A stretch of 64,000 nt of DNA from Candidatus Gastranaerophilaceae bacterium. GTDB lineage: Bacteria > Cyanobacteriota > Vampirovibrionia > Gastranaerophilales > Gastranaerophilaceae. The notes under the pieces are model-generated. The model saw only the letters and a program-made list of their open reading frames with translations, ran no database searches and was not told the DNA's origin. The stretch lies in the NCBI GenBank assembly GCA_045651695.1, contig JAZRSZ010000050.1:1701-65700 (forward strand), written 5' to 3'. A program made the position numbers and the translations under genes. Below are positions 46,892 to 56,930 of the stretch, one piece after another. Within the stretch, counting starts at the first letter, position 1, and every line of letters starts with the position of its first letter.

Positions 46892-47766
46892 CTTTTATCT
46901 CTCTCCATTATCTCTTTTTCAAATTCTACAAAAGTTTCATTACCGACAAACTGTTCTAATGCAGCACGAGCGACCATAAAATCCGATTTTGCTTTGTTTA
47001 ATTTGTCTAAAGAACTTCTATAATATGCGTCTGTTATCAAAATTATTTCTCTAGTCGAGTTTTGCGCTAAATCATAATTTTTCTTACGTTGGACTACTAA
47101 CTTGTCAAACATTTGTAACTGTTTTTTAGCAGTCATATAATCATAATACAAATCAATCGTGCGCTGTTGCAAATCTTCAATTTTTCTGACAAGAATAATC
47201 ATATCTGCATCAGTTACTTTTGTATATTTATAGTTCAAAGCTTTTGTATCTTGAGACATAATACCCAAGACATTTCCACCAATCAAAGACCCAGCAGCAA
47301 GCATGGGATTCCCAACACCAGCCCCAACAAGAGTCGACATACTTGCAATTGTTGTCAAAACTTTTTTAACAGACTTTTCATCAGGTTTGTCTGCATCTGG
47401 ATTTGCTAATTTATACAATGCAAAATTTATAGTATCACTTTTGGTTGCTGCACCCTTCCATAAAAGCGACAAATCACCCAACATCTCCTTTTCTTCCATC
47501 ACTAACTCTGATGCAATTTCTCTTGACATACGTTTTATACTCAAATCTGCGTATGTTAATTCATCAGGAGAATATTGTTCTGAAGTATCTTTAGTAATGT
47601 ATTCTTTTTGCAACGCTGGCATACTTTGAACAGAACTTTCAGGCGTACTTGAAATACCCAGTCGATACGCAGGATCTTTCGGTGATAACAAATCCTCATA
47701 CGGAGTCACCGCAATAACAGGTAGAGCAAATGTAGAAATCAATAAAGCAAAAAGTATTCTTCTCAT
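46888..47766 (-). CDS. Hypothetical secreted protein, paralogue 1 of a tandem pair.
   Basis: The signal peptide is MRRILFALLISTFALPVIA. It shares LWKG...FALxKL...(Gly/Ala-rich hydrophobic patch)...helical C-terminal half with the adjacent gene. Confidence 0.55.
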   Translation of the reverse strand: MRRILFALLISTFALPVIAVTPYEDLLSPKDPAYRLGISSTPESSVQSMPALQKEYITKDTSEQYSPDELTYADLSIKRMSREIASELVMEEKEMLGDLSLLWKGAATKSDTINFALYKLANPDADKPDEKSVKKVLTTIASMSTLVGAGVGNPMLAAGSLIGGNVLGIMSQDTKALNYKYTKVTDADMIILVRKIEDLQQRTIDLYYDYMTAKKQLQMFDKLVVQRKKNYDLAQNSTREIILITDAYYRSSLDKLNKAKSDFMVARAALEQFVGNETFVEFEKEIMERDKR

Positions 47767-48569
47767 TATTTGCCCCCCTTTATCAATGCACTATTGTAAT
47801 TAAATTGGTATAAGTTTAAATTATCAACAACTTTTTTCCCAGCCAAACGTTGCAATTCGTGATGATATTTTTTCGCCAACTGCAAATAATAACTTTCCTC
47901 TATTAACACATCATCATATAAAGAAGATGATAACGCTATTTCTAAAAAGTCCTCATTATCCATAGCTTTTACATAATTTTTATTATACAAAAGTTCTCTT
48001 GATCGCACTTCTTTCAACTGCAATAATACATTTTTATAATTGTAATATGCATTAATAATTTTATCTTGTAAATTTTCCACCAAACCCGCCAACTCAATCA
48101 ATTCCGTATCAGTAAGTGGGATTTCTTGCGGTAAATTTTTTCTATTGATCAACGATTGAGCAATTCTACCCGCAGCAAAAGCACTTGACTGCACCAAATA
48201 ATCAGAACCCATTGCATAAGGTAAAAACGAAGAACCAGCGACAATCGCAGACAATGTCTTAGCCATTAATGAAGAATGAATACGTCTTTGACTTTCAGGT
48301 GTTGAAAGTTTTTTAAGTGCAAAACCTATAACTTGATTATTTTCAACAGTACCTTTCCATAGATTTTCAATATCTTCCAAATCTTTTTCTTTTTGGAAAT
48401 TAATTAGTTCTTCTATTTTCGCTTTATCATTAATTACGAGTGAATCTTTTAACTTTACATTCCGTTTCGGTATCTCAATCTGTTGCGTTGAAACATTTTC
48501 CAACTTAACCTCATCAGCAAAACAAGGAACTCCCAACAGTAATATTAAAGATACTAAAACCCTCTTCAT
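47766..48569 (-). CDS. Hypothetical secreted protein, paralogue 2. The start is probably the ATG at 48569.
   Basis: MKRVLVSLILLLGVPCFA looks like a signal peptide. The upstream ATG at 48647 would add 26 non-signal residues. Neither start has a good SD. Confidence 0.5.
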   Translation of the reverse strand: MKRVLVSLILLLGVPCFADEVKLENVSTQQIEIPKRNVKLKDSLVINDKAKIEELINFQKEKDLEDIENLWKGTVENNQVIGFALKKLSTPESQRRIHSSLMAKTLSAIVAGSSFLPYAMGSDYLVQSSAFAAGRIAQSLINRKNLPQEIPLTDTELIELAGLVENLQDKIINAYYNYKNVLLQLKEVRSRELLYNKNYVKAMDNEDFLEIALSSSLYDDVLIEESYYLQLAKKYHHELQRLAGKKVVDNLNLYQFNYNSALIKGGK

Positions 48570-48691
48570 AATAAAAGTTATAACATAAGAAAATAATAAA
48601 TCCAACGATTGATTAAGTTTTACATCATTTGGAGGTACTCCTAACATGAAAAATTTTTTAGAATTATTACATAACTTGGGTTTTGGAGATT

Positions 48692-49414
48692 ATGACAAAG
48701 AAAACACAATATATGACAAGTCCAATAAATACTTGTCAAAAAGCAGACGAATTACGTAAAAATAACTCATATAAAGAAGCAATTCCTAACTACTTGAAAT
48801 CTATTTTAGTAGATAGAAATAATGCTAAATCTTATTTTGGACTTGGTGTTTGTTATAAACATATGGAAAATTACTCCAAAGCAATACACTATTTAGAAAA
48901 ATCATCTGAAATTGATAATAAAGATTATGATACATTTTTTGAACTTGGAGTTTGCCATCTACTAAAAGGTATTCCTTGTGGAGCCATCAAAAATTTTGTA
49001 AAAGCAGTTCAGATAGATCCAAAAAATCCAGAAGCAATCTTACAACTAGGAATTTCTCATGAATTGTGCGAAGAATACGATATGGCACTTATGATTTATC
49101 AAAAACTAATCGAGAACTCCCCTGAATTTATAAAAGCATACGATCATAAATCATCATTATTAATGAAAATGAATAGATACCAAGAAGCATCACAAGTTTT
49201 AACTAATATAATTAAAAAAGACAGTTCACATCACGAGGCCTTTGTTGGTATTGGAATTTGTTTAGATAAATTAGGTCAAAAAACAGACGCACAAAGATAC
49301 TACCGTAAGTTTTTATCCAACGAACCTAATTCTCCGCAAGCAAGTTTTGTGAAAACTAGAATGCAAAAAATTAAAATGCAGTTGAACAACAACACCAACT
49401 TAGCACTAGTTTAA
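48692..49414 (+). CDS. TPR-repeat protein.
   Basis: There are at least five 34-aa TPR units (for example AKSYFGLGVCYKHMENYSKAIHYLEKSSEIDNKD). I prefer the ATG at 48692 over the TTG at 48683. Confidence 0.7.
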   Translation: MTKKTQYMTSPINTCQKADELRKNNSYKEAIPNYLKSILVDRNNAKSYFGLGVCYKHMENYSKAIHYLEKSSEIDNKDYDTFFELGVCHLLKGIPCGAIKNFVKAVQIDPKNPEAILQLGISHELCEEYDMALMIYQKLIENSPEFIKAYDHKSSLLMKMNRYQEASQVLTNIIKKDSSHHEAFVGIGICLDKLGQKTDAQRYYRKFLSNEPNSPQASFVKTRMQKIKMQLNNNTNLALV

Positions 49415-50725
49415 TTCGCCTTTTAAATACCACGTTTTAGCACCCGAGATTTTTACATCAACAAATTGTCCTGTTAAATCTCTATCGCATTGAATATGAA
49501 CCGTTTTGTTATTTCTTGTTTTGCCTGTATTTATCATAACGCCTTTGCGTTCATAAAAACTTTCAACCAAAACTTCCATATCTTTACCAATATATTTTAA
49601 ATTCGATTTAAGACAATTTTCTTTAACTTTGCTATTTAAGCGTTGAAAACGGTCATCTTTAACATCTTCTGAGATATATTTATCAACCCACTTTGCTGCA
49701 ATTGTTTTTTCACGCGGTGAATATGCCGCAACATTTGAATAGTCTAATTCAAACTCATCAATTGCAGTAAGTGTTTCAACAAATTGTTCTTCAGTTTCCC
49801 CAGGGAAACCTGCAATAAAATCACTTGTAATAGTTACATCAGGAACCATTGTTCTTACTTTATTAACTATTTTTGAATATGTTTCCCTATCATACCGTCT
49901 ATTCATTTTTTTCAAAACTTCACTTGAACCTGATTGCATAGGAATATGAAAATACTCACAAACTTTATCCAATTCCACAACTGTTTTGATTAAATCGTCA
50001 GTGATGTCTGTTGGGTATGATGTAACAAATCTAATTCTAAACTTTCCTTCTAATGCATTTATATCTTTCAATAAATCCGCTAATCTGTAATTTTTATCTT
50101 TAAAATCTTTTCCATAACTATCAACATTTTGCCCTAGCAATGTTAATTCTTTGTAGCCTTGCGCCAAAGCATCTTTTGCCTCTTGAATAATAACCTCTGG
50201 TAATCTTGAACGCTCTCTACCTCGAGTATATGGAACAATACAATATGTACAGAAATTATTACATCCTTCAGTTATGTTAATCCACGCATTTGTAGATTTA
50301 ACTCTTTTTATACCGAACCCTCTAGTGTCAGCAACCTTATGCGTTTCTTCACAACGACATACTTTATTCCCCTTTTCAATTTCTTTTAAAATTTCCGGCA
50401 AACAATAAATATTGTGCGTTCCTAAAACAAAATCAACATAATGTGCACGTTTAAAAATTTGTTCCGCTTTTTGTTGCGCAACACAACCACAAAAACCTAT
50501 TTTTAATTCTGGTCTTTCTTTTTTCCATCGCCCCCAAGTTCCAATAAGACTATATGACTTATCTTCACTAAGTTGACGAATAGAACACGTATTCACCATC
50601 AATAAATCCGCCTCTTGCGGCTCTTGTGTTTCCTCATAGCCAAAATGCAACAATATACCAAGCATGCGCTCAGTATCTGATTTATTCATTTGGCAACCCA
50701 TTGTTTCTATATAAACTTTTTTCAT
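49406..50725 (-). CDS. miaB: tRNA-i6A37 methylthiotransferase MiaB (radical SAM). The start is revised to the ATG at 50725.
   Basis: It begins MKKVYIETMGCQMNKSDTERMLG. The radical-SAM motif is CNNFCTYCIVPYTRG, and there is a C-terminal TRAM domain. Confidence 0.85.
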   Translation of the reverse strand: MKKVYIETMGCQMNKSDTERMLGILLHFGYEETQEPQEADLLMVNTCSIRQLSEDKSYSLIGTWGRWKKERPELKIGFCGCVAQQKAEQIFKRAHYVDFVLGTHNIYCLPEILKEIEKGNKVCRCEETHKVADTRGFGIKRVKSTNAWINITEGCNNFCTYCIVPYTRGRERSRLPEVIIQEAKDALAQGYKELTLLGQNVDSYGKDFKDKNYRLADLLKDINALEGKFRIRFVTSYPTDITDDLIKTVVELDKVCEYFHIPMQSGSSEVLKKMNRRYDRETYSKIVNKVRTMVPDVTITSDFIAGFPGETEEQFVETLTAIDEFELDYSNVAAYSPREKTIAAKWVDKYISEDVKDDRFQRLNSKVKENCLKSNLKYIGKDMEVLVESFYERKGVMINTGKTRNNKTVHIQCDRDLTGQFVDVKISGAKTWYLKGELN

Positions 50726-50819
50726 ATTTACAATTATAATACAAAAATTAGTACAAACTTGACTTTTATACAAATAAATAATAAAATACTGTATTATAAT
50801 TTTCAGAAATGGGGGAAGT

Positions 50820-52502
50820 ATGTCAAAAACTAGAGATTATTTTCTTTCTATATTGGAAGAAAAAACAAACAAATATGCTGATAGAACAGCAGTTGGTATT
50901 AGAACTCAATTAGGTTGGAAAGAATTTTCATATAGAGGTCTTGGTTTATTATCAAGAAAACTTGCTAACTACCTTATTAATGATGTTGAAGTTAAAAAAG
51001 GTGACAGATGTGCAATTCTTTCTGAATCAAAACCTGAATACGGTGCATGCGTATTTTCAGCAATTATGGCTGGTATGACCGTCGTTCCACTAGATATTAA
51101 ATTAACGAAATTTGAACTTAAATCAATCTTAACTGACTGTGAACCAACAGTTATGTTAGTTTCTCAAGCATACGTTGAAACAGCATTAGAATTACAAAAA
51201 GAAATTCCATCAATCAAAACAATATTAGTAAACGATGAACCATCATATAATTTAGGTTTAACAAGCATTTATGATGTTCCAAACGTATATCAAGGCAGAT
51301 GGAGATACAGAAGTTCAAAATCAACAGCATTGATTATTTACACATCAGGCACAACAGGTATGCCAAAAGGTGTAGAAATTTCTTTCAAAAATATGTACAC
51401 TCAATTAAAAGATTTGGGTTATGTTTTGGAAGACTTATTCCCAGGTAAGAAAAAAGAAGGTATGACTTGTTTATCAATTCTACCAATGAACCACTTATTT
51501 GAAATGACTGTTGGTTTCTCAACATTCTTGAACTATGGTTTTTCAGTATATTACACACAAAGTTTAAAACCAAAAGATATTTTAGGTATCATGGTAGATA
51601 AAAAAGTAAACTTCATGATTGTAGTTCCTGCTTTCTTAAAACTTTTGAAAGTTGCAATTGAAGCAGAATTACAAAAAGCACCGGCACAAGTTAAATTTAT
51701 ATTTAAAACTATGTATCACTTGGCAAGATTTATACCATCTTACAGAGTTAAGAAAATGTTATTCAAAAAAATCCATGACAAATTTGGTGGTCACTTTACA
51801 CACTGTATTTCAGGTGGTGCACCAATGGATTCTGACGTTGCTAAATTCTTCAACAGAATTGGTATCAGAGTAATGCAAGGTTACGGTTTATCAGAAACAA
51901 GTCCTGTTGTATCCGTTAACCACCAAAACTTAGAAGATTTACATTCTGTTGGCAAACCTCTAAAAAGTTTTGAAACTAAAGTTGATCCGGAAACAGGAGA
52001 ACTTTTATTAAAAGGTCCTTCTGTTATGAAAGGTTATCATAACCAAGAAGAACTTACTAAAGAGGTTATCGACGAAGATGGTTGGTTACATACCGGTGAC
52101 ATCGCTAGAATTTCAAAAGAAGGACATATTTATATTACAGGTAGAATTAAAAATATGATTGTTCTATCAGGTGGTAAAAAAGTATTCCCTGAAGAAGTTG
52201 AAGCAGTACTTGAAAAAAGTGAATATGTTGCAGAAGTTTGTGTACTAGGTACATCAAGAACATCAGGTTCAAAAGACGGTACTGAAGAAATTACAGCAGT
52301 TATCGTTCCAAGAGAAACTTTATACGCAGATAAAGATGAAGCAACTATCGATAAATTAATTCGTGATGACGTAAAAGTTTTATCAAATAGATTAGCACTT
52401 TACAAACGTCCAACAAATGTTATTATTAACAAAGATCCTCTACCAAAAACAACAACAAGAAAAATTAAACGTAAAGATGTTAGAGAATTGTTAGCAGTTT
52501 AG
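50820..52502 (+). CDS. AMP-dependent synthetase/ligase (long-chain acyl-CoA synthetase-like).
   Basis: Motifs are IIYTSGTTGMPKGV, QGYGLSET, GWLHTGDI and the C-terminal TTTRKIKRK. Confidence 0.85.
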   Translation: MSKTRDYFLSILEEKTNKYADRTAVGIRTQLGWKEFSYRGLGLLSRKLANYLINDVEVKKGDRCAILSESKPEYGACVFSAIMAGMTVVPLDIKLTKFELKSILTDCEPTVMLVSQAYVETALELQKEIPSIKTILVNDEPSYNLGLTSIYDVPNVYQGRWRYRSSKSTALIIYTSGTTGMPKGVEISFKNMYTQLKDLGYVLEDLFPGKKKEGMTCLSILPMNHLFEMTVGFSTFLNYGFSVYYTQSLKPKDILGIMVDKKVNFMIVVPAFLKLLKVAIEAELQKAPAQVKFIFKTMYHLARFIPSYRVKKMLFKKIHDKFGGHFTHCISGGAPMDSDVAKFFNRIGIRVMQGYGLSETSPVVSVNHQNLEDLHSVGKPLKSFETKVDPETGELLLKGPSVMKGYHNQEELTKEVIDEDGWLHTGDIARISKEGHIYITGRIKNMIVLSGGKKVFPEEVEAVLEKSEYVAEVCVLGTSRTSGSKDGTEEITAVIVPRETLYADKDEATIDKLIRDDVKVLSNRLALYKRPTNVIINKDPLPKTTTRKIKRKDVRELLAV

Positions 52503-52516
52503 GGAAAGGAACTAAA

Positions 52517-52804
52517 ATGAAAAAAGTACTATTATTCACATTATTATTTGCAATATTAGGTCTTCAAACTCCTGCTTTAGCAGCAGCAACAGAAGGCCAA
52601 CCTGGTAAAATTACAGGTAGAAGTGTTGGTGCCGCTGCATTATCATTACTTGTTTGGCCTGGTATTGGTCAAGTAATTAATGACAACCCAACTGATAAAA
52701 ACGTTACTCACGCAGTACTAGGTCTTACAGGCATTTTCAGATTTTGGTCATGTTATGATGCACTTGTAGATAGAAAAGGTGGCGTTTGGCACAACAGAAT
52801 ATAA
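52517..52804 (+). CDS. Hypothetical small secreted or membrane protein.
   Basis: A signal peptide MKKVLLFTLLFAILGLQTPALA is followed by a hydrophobic segment AAALSLLVWPGIGQVI. Confidence 0.5.
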   Translation: MKKVLLFTLLFAILGLQTPALAAATEGQPGKITGRSVGAAALSLLVWPGIGQVINDNPTDKNVTHAVLGLTGIFRFWSCYDALVDRKGGVWHNRI

Positions 52805-52815
52805 TTTATTCACAT

Positions 52816-52848
52816 AAAAAAGGAGCCTTTAAAAAGGCTCCTTTTTTA
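52816..52848. terminator. Bidirectional intrinsic terminator between convergent genes.
   Basis: AAAAA-AGGAGCCTT-TAAA-AAGGCTCCT-TTTTTATT. Confidence 0.85.
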
Positions 52849-52862
52849 TTGCTTTTCAAAAC

Positions 52863-53399
52863 TTATGAAAAGTATCTTTTCAAAAGTCCGTCAAAACCTT
52901 TGCCATGACGTGCTTCGTCTTTTGCCATTTCGTGAACTGTATCATGAATTGCATCATAACCTAATTGTTTTGCACGTGCTGCAATAGCCATTTTTCCTTC
53001 GCAAGCGCCGTGTTCTGCTTCTGCACGAAGTTCAAGGTTTTTCTTAGTTGAATCTGTAACAACTTCACCTAAAAGTTCAGCAAATTTTGCTGCGTGTTCT
53101 GCTTCTTCAAATGCGTATCTTTTGTATGCTTCTGCAATTTCTGGATATCCTTCTCTTTCAGCAACTCTAGACATTGCAAGATACATACCAACTTCAGTAC
53201 ATTCGCCATTGAAGTGCGCTCTTAAACCATCCATAATTTCTTTATCTTCAACAACGCCGTCGCCTACTTTATGTTCAGTTGCATAAACTTTTTCTCCACC
53301 ACCAACTGTTTTAAAAGTAGTAGCATTACATAAAGGACATCTTTCAGGTGCTTGATCTGCTTCTGTTGACCAGCCACATACTGTACATACGTATTTCAT
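52863..53399 (-). CDS. rbr: Reverse rubrerythrin (N-terminal rubredoxin-like Cys4 domain plus a C-terminal ferritin-like diiron domain).
   Basis: The N-terminus reads [10 protein letters not shown]...CPLC, followed by diiron ligand helices E..(E..H): ECTEVGMY..., [10 protein letters not shown], ...EMAKDEARH. Confidence 0.85.
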   Translation of the reverse strand: MKYVCTVCGWSTEADQAPERCPLCNATTFKTVGGGEKVYATEHKVGDGVVEDKEIMDGLRAHFNGECTEVGMYLAMSRVAEREGYPEIAEAYKRYAFEEAEHAAKFAELLGEVVTDSTKKNLELRAEAEHGACEGKMAIAARAKQLGYDAIHDTVHEMAKDEARHGKGFDGLLKRYFS

Positions 53400-53465
53400 A
53401 ATAACCTACCTTTCTTATTTACTCTATTTTAACATTTCTCGTATTTGTTGTAAATATCAACCTTA

Positions 53466-54575
53466 CTATATTATTAACTCTCTTGTTTTTGCACGAACTT
53501 CATTATCCACTTCAAAAATTTCATCAATAGTTGGAACTTTTATAAGTTCATGTTTATTACACATTTTTTCAGTAATTTCATATATTTCATAAAGCCTTAT
53601 TTTACCATCTAAAAATGCAAAAACTGCTTCTTCATTGGCTGCATTCAAACAAGTAGTCATTGTTCCTCCAGTTTCGCCTGCGTAATATGCAAGTTTTACA
53701 GTAGGAAATTTTTCAAAATCAGGCTTTTCAAAATCCAATCTTGCGATTTCTGAAAAACTAAAACTTTTTGATTTTATGCCCTCAAATCTTTCTGGATAAC
53801 TAATTGCATATTGAATAGGGATATGCATACTTGGCAATCCTAACTGAGCAATCACACTGCCATCTTTATATTCAATTGCAGAATGTACGATACTTTGAGG
53901 ATGCACAACCACATCAATATCTTTATAATCAAACCCAAAAAGATGATGTGCTTCAATAATTTCTAAACCTTTATTCATTAATGTTGCACTATCTACAGTA
54001 ATCTTTCTGCCCATATTCCATCTTGGGTGTGCTAATGCTTCATTTACTGTTGCATTTTTCATTTCTTCAATTGATTTATAAAGAAAAGGGCCACCTGACG
54101 CTGTTATTATCAATTTTGAAACCTGTGAAATATCTTTTATACATTGATGAATAGCAGAATGTTCACTATCAACTGGGATTATATTAACACCGTGTTTTTT
54201 TGCCTCTGACATAACAATATCACCCGCCATAACAAGTGTTTCCTTATTTGCCAAAGCAATATCAATATCATTTCTTATAGCAGTAATCGTAGGTTTTAAA
54301 CCAATTTTGCCTGAACACGCAACCAAAATTATATCATTTTCTTTATTAGAACAAATTTCTTCTAATGTAGATAAAGTTTCAACACCATCAAGAGAAATAG
54401 GTTTAGACGCATAAATGGATTTTGGTTTAAATTTTTTAGCCTGTTCTTTTAATAATTCAACATTACTTCCACCTGCCAATGAAATTATTTCAAACTTATC
54501 TTGTAATTTCTCAATTACTTGTAAAGCCTGTGTACCAATTGAACCTGTCGAACCAATTATACTAATTTTTTTCAT
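53466..54575 (-). CDS. dxr: 1-deoxy-D-xylulose 5-phosphate reductoisomerase.
   Basis: Motifs are ISIIGSTGSIGTQAL, LANKE, PVDSEHSAI, HPRWNMG and NKGLE. Confidence 0.93.
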   Translation of the reverse strand: MKKISIIGSTGSIGTQALQVIEKLQDKFEIISLAGGSNVELLKEQAKKFKPKSIYASKPISLDGVETLSTLEEICSNKENDIILVACSGKIGLKPTITAIRNDIDIALANKETLVMAGDIVMSEAKKHGVNIIPVDSEHSAIHQCIKDISQVSKLIITASGGPFLYKSIEEMKNATVNEALAHPRWNMGRKITVDSATLMNKGLEIIEAHHLFGFDYKDIDVVVHPQSIVHSAIEYKDGSVIAQLGLPSMHIPIQYAISYPERFEGIKSKSFSFSEIARLDFEKPDFEKFPTVKLAYYAGETGGTMTTCLNAANEEAVFAFLDGKIRLYEIYEITEKMCNKHELIKVPTIDEIFEVDNEVRAKTRELII

Positions 54576-54596
54576 TGTCTGCGTCTCTTAATTATT

Positions 54597-55892
54597 CTAT
54601 TCTTTGATAATTTTATTATAAGCCGTATCGATGTTTTTTAAAAAGTCTTCTTTATTGAATATATTTGATAATTCATCTAAAGTTAATAATTTAGTAACTT
54701 CAGAATCATTTTTTAAATTTTCTCTGAAATTTCCATTGTTATTGAATGCATCAAGGGCATTTCTTTGAACAATTTTATATGCGTCTTCCCTTGTTAAACC
54801 TTTTTCCACTAAAGTTAAAAGAGCTTTTTGAGAGAAAATTATACCTCCAAATTTGTCGGTATTTTTAAGCATATTATCTTCGTGAACGACTAAATTTTCT
54901 ACAACACCATTAAATCTTGTTAACATAAAATCTACAAGAGTTAAACTATCAGGGAAAATAATACGTTCTGCACTACTATGAGAAATATCTCTTTCGTGCC
55001 ATAAAACAACATTTTCCATCGCCACTAAAGAATTTGAACGAACAACTCGTGCTAGCCCACAAAGATTTTCACTCAAAACAGGATTCTTCTTATGTGGCAT
55101 AGCAGAAGAACCTTTTTGATTTTTACCAAAACCTTCTTCCACTTCCAAAACCTCAGTTCTTTGAAGATGTCTTATTTCTGTGGCGAATTGTTCAATTACA
55201 GTTGCAATAAGCGCTAATGATTGCATAAAATATGCGTGATAATCGCGAGCAATAATTTGTGTTGAAATTTTTGCAGGTTTCAAACCTAAATTTCTGCAAG
55301 TTATTTCTTCAATTTCAGGTGAAATATTACTATAAGTTCCAACAGGGCCTGATATTTGTCCTACTCTAATTTCTTCTAATGCGTGAACGAAATTATCTCT
55401 TTGGCGAGTCAAAATATCAATCCAAGAACAAAGTTTTACACCAAAAGTCATAACTTCAGCATGTATGCCGTGTGAACGACCAACACAAACTGTATTTTTG
55501 TGCTTTTTCGCTAAATTTTTCAATGAATTGATAGTTTTATTCAAACCATCAAGAATAATTTTTCCACTATCCTGAATTTGAAGAGCAAAGGCGGTATCAA
55601 TCACATCAGAACTTGTCATTCCAACGTGAATATATCTTGCATAATCGCCAACATTTTCATTAACATTAGTCAAAAATGCAATCACGTCGTGCTTAACTTC
55701 TTGTTCTATTTCGTCAATCCTTTTGATATCAAACTTTGCAAGTTTTTTCAAACTCTCAATATCATCTTTTGGGAAATCACCTACTTCAACATAAGCATCA
55801 CAAACGGCTAACTCAACTTGTAAATAATAATTGAACTTAGAATTTAAGTCCCAAATTTTTCTCATTTCTTCTCGTGAATATCTTTCAATCAT
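54597..55892 (-). CDS. purB: Adenylosuccinate lyase.
   Basis: It begins MIERYSREEM..IW, with HVGMTSSD and the fumarate-lyase signature GSSAMPHKKNP. Confidence 0.93.
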   Translation of the reverse strand: MIERYSREEMRKIWDLNSKFNYYLQVELAVCDAYVEVGDFPKDDIESLKKLAKFDIKRIDEIEQEVKHDVIAFLTNVNENVGDYARYIHVGMTSSDVIDTAFALQIQDSGKIILDGLNKTINSLKNLAKKHKNTVCVGRSHGIHAEVMTFGVKLCSWIDILTRQRDNFVHALEEIRVGQISGPVGTYSNISPEIEEITCRNLGLKPAKISTQIIARDYHAYFMQSLALIATVIEQFATEIRHLQRTEVLEVEEGFGKNQKGSSAMPHKKNPVLSENLCGLARVVRSNSLVAMENVVLWHERDISHSSAERIIFPDSLTLVDFMLTRFNGVVENLVVHEDNMLKNTDKFGGIIFSQKALLTLVEKGLTREDAYKIVQRNALDAFNNNGNFRENLKNDSEVTKLLTLDELSNIFNKEDFLKNIDTAYNKIIKE

Positions 55893-55996
55893 AGTTTTAT
55901 TTTAACACAAAAATTTATTTAATATTAGTTTACAAAAAGGCAATTTTTACAAAGAAATATTCTTTATATATATAAGAGGCAAGAGAAAGGCTAACC

Positions 55997-56479
55997 ATGA
56001 GCGTACAAAAAGCAGGACAAATCCTAACAGAACAACAGTTTAACAGTTCACCATATAAAAGCCTTATGTCATATAATGACTATGTTTCTTATGCTTTGAA
56101 AATGGGTTCGGCATTCACTATTGCCAAAGCAATGGTACTAAAAAATGCAGAAGATACTCAAGAAAAAATCAACGAATCAGTTCAGGGCTGGTATCTTGAA
56201 AAAGAAGCAGCATTAGATGTTGCAGAAAAAGATTATTATACTGCACTAGCAGAATATGATGCAATGAAAAGCGGTAAAGATAAAGCGACAAGCGACTTAA
56301 ATTATGCAACAAAAATTTATGGTGAAGAATCATCTCAATATAACGCTGCATTGAAAAAATACAAAACATCCTCCAAATCTTTATTTGGGGCTGATGTTAA
56401 CCTTGGTATTGCAAGAGATAAATTTAGTTTTGCGAACCAAGCAGCACATAAAGCATTTTTAACATCAAGATTATCTTAA
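55997..56479 (+). CDS. Hypothetical 160-aa helical protein.
   Basis: An ORF with an SD (AGAGAAAGG). I recognise no domain. It is predicted to be helical (EKDYYTALAEYDAMKSGKDKA...). Confidence 0.45.
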   Translation: MSVQKAGQILTEQQFNSSPYKSLMSYNDYVSYALKMGSAFTIAKAMVLKNAEDTQEKINESVQGWYLEKEAALDVAEKDYYTALAEYDAMKSGKDKATSDLNYATKIYGEESSQYNAALKKYKTSSKSLFGADVNLGIARDKFSFANQAAHKAFLTSRLS

Positions 56480-56569
56480 CAATTGCTTGCATTTTTTTTT
56501 TGATATATTAAAATCTTTTTTGTAGAGTGCTTACGCCAATATGTCACTCAACAAAAAAGGAAAAACAAT

Positions 56570-56839
56570 ATGTCAATTAACTTGAAAAACAAACAAGAAA
56601 TCATCAAAAAATACGGCGCAAACGAAAAAGATTCAGGTTCTGCTGCTGTACAAGTTGCGATGATGAGTAAGAAAATCACTGAACTTACTGAACACTTAAA
56701 ATCTAACAAAAAAGATTTCGCTACAAAAAGAGGTCTATTTATGTTAGTAGGTAAGAGAAAAAGATTACTTTCTTACATTAAAGACAGAAATCTTGATGAA
56801 TACAGAGATTTAATCAAGAAACTAAAAATCAGAGGTTAA
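56570..56839 (+). CDS. rpsO: 30S ribosomal protein S15.
   Basis: It is 89 aa with the motifs GSAAVQVAMMSKKITELTEHLKSNKKD..TKRGLFMLVGKRKRLLSY. Confidence 0.95.
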   Translation: MSINLKNKQEIIKKYGANEKDSGSAAVQVAMMSKKITELTEHLKSNKKDFATKRGLFMLVGKRKRLLSYIKDRNLDEYRDLIKKLKIRG

Positions 56840-56844
56840 TTTTA

Positions 56845-56872
56845 AAAAGCCGACCGAAAGGTCGGTTTTTTG
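56845..56872 (+). terminator. Intrinsic terminator after rpsO.
   Basis: CCGACC-GAAA-GGTCGG is followed by TTTTTT. Confidence 0.85.
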
Positions 56873-56898
56873 ATTAGTTTTACTTTTCAAAGTTTATT

Positions 56899-56907
56899 TG
56901 ATATAAT
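56899..56907 (+). promoter_or_regulatory. Extended -10 element TGATATAAT upstream of the WecA-like gene.
   Basis: TTTGATATAATAAAAACACAAAGAGGGTATTCATATT. The SD AAAGAGGG lies at 56917-56923. Confidence 0.5.
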
Positions 56908-56930
56908 AAAAACACAAAGAGGGTATTCAT

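Noticed and set aside
56480-56569. An rpsO autoregulatory leader structure.
   Set aside because: Only a weak 5-bp stem (GAGTG...CACTC) with a 15-nt loop is present. I cannot demonstrate the pseudoknot known from E. coli without comparative data.
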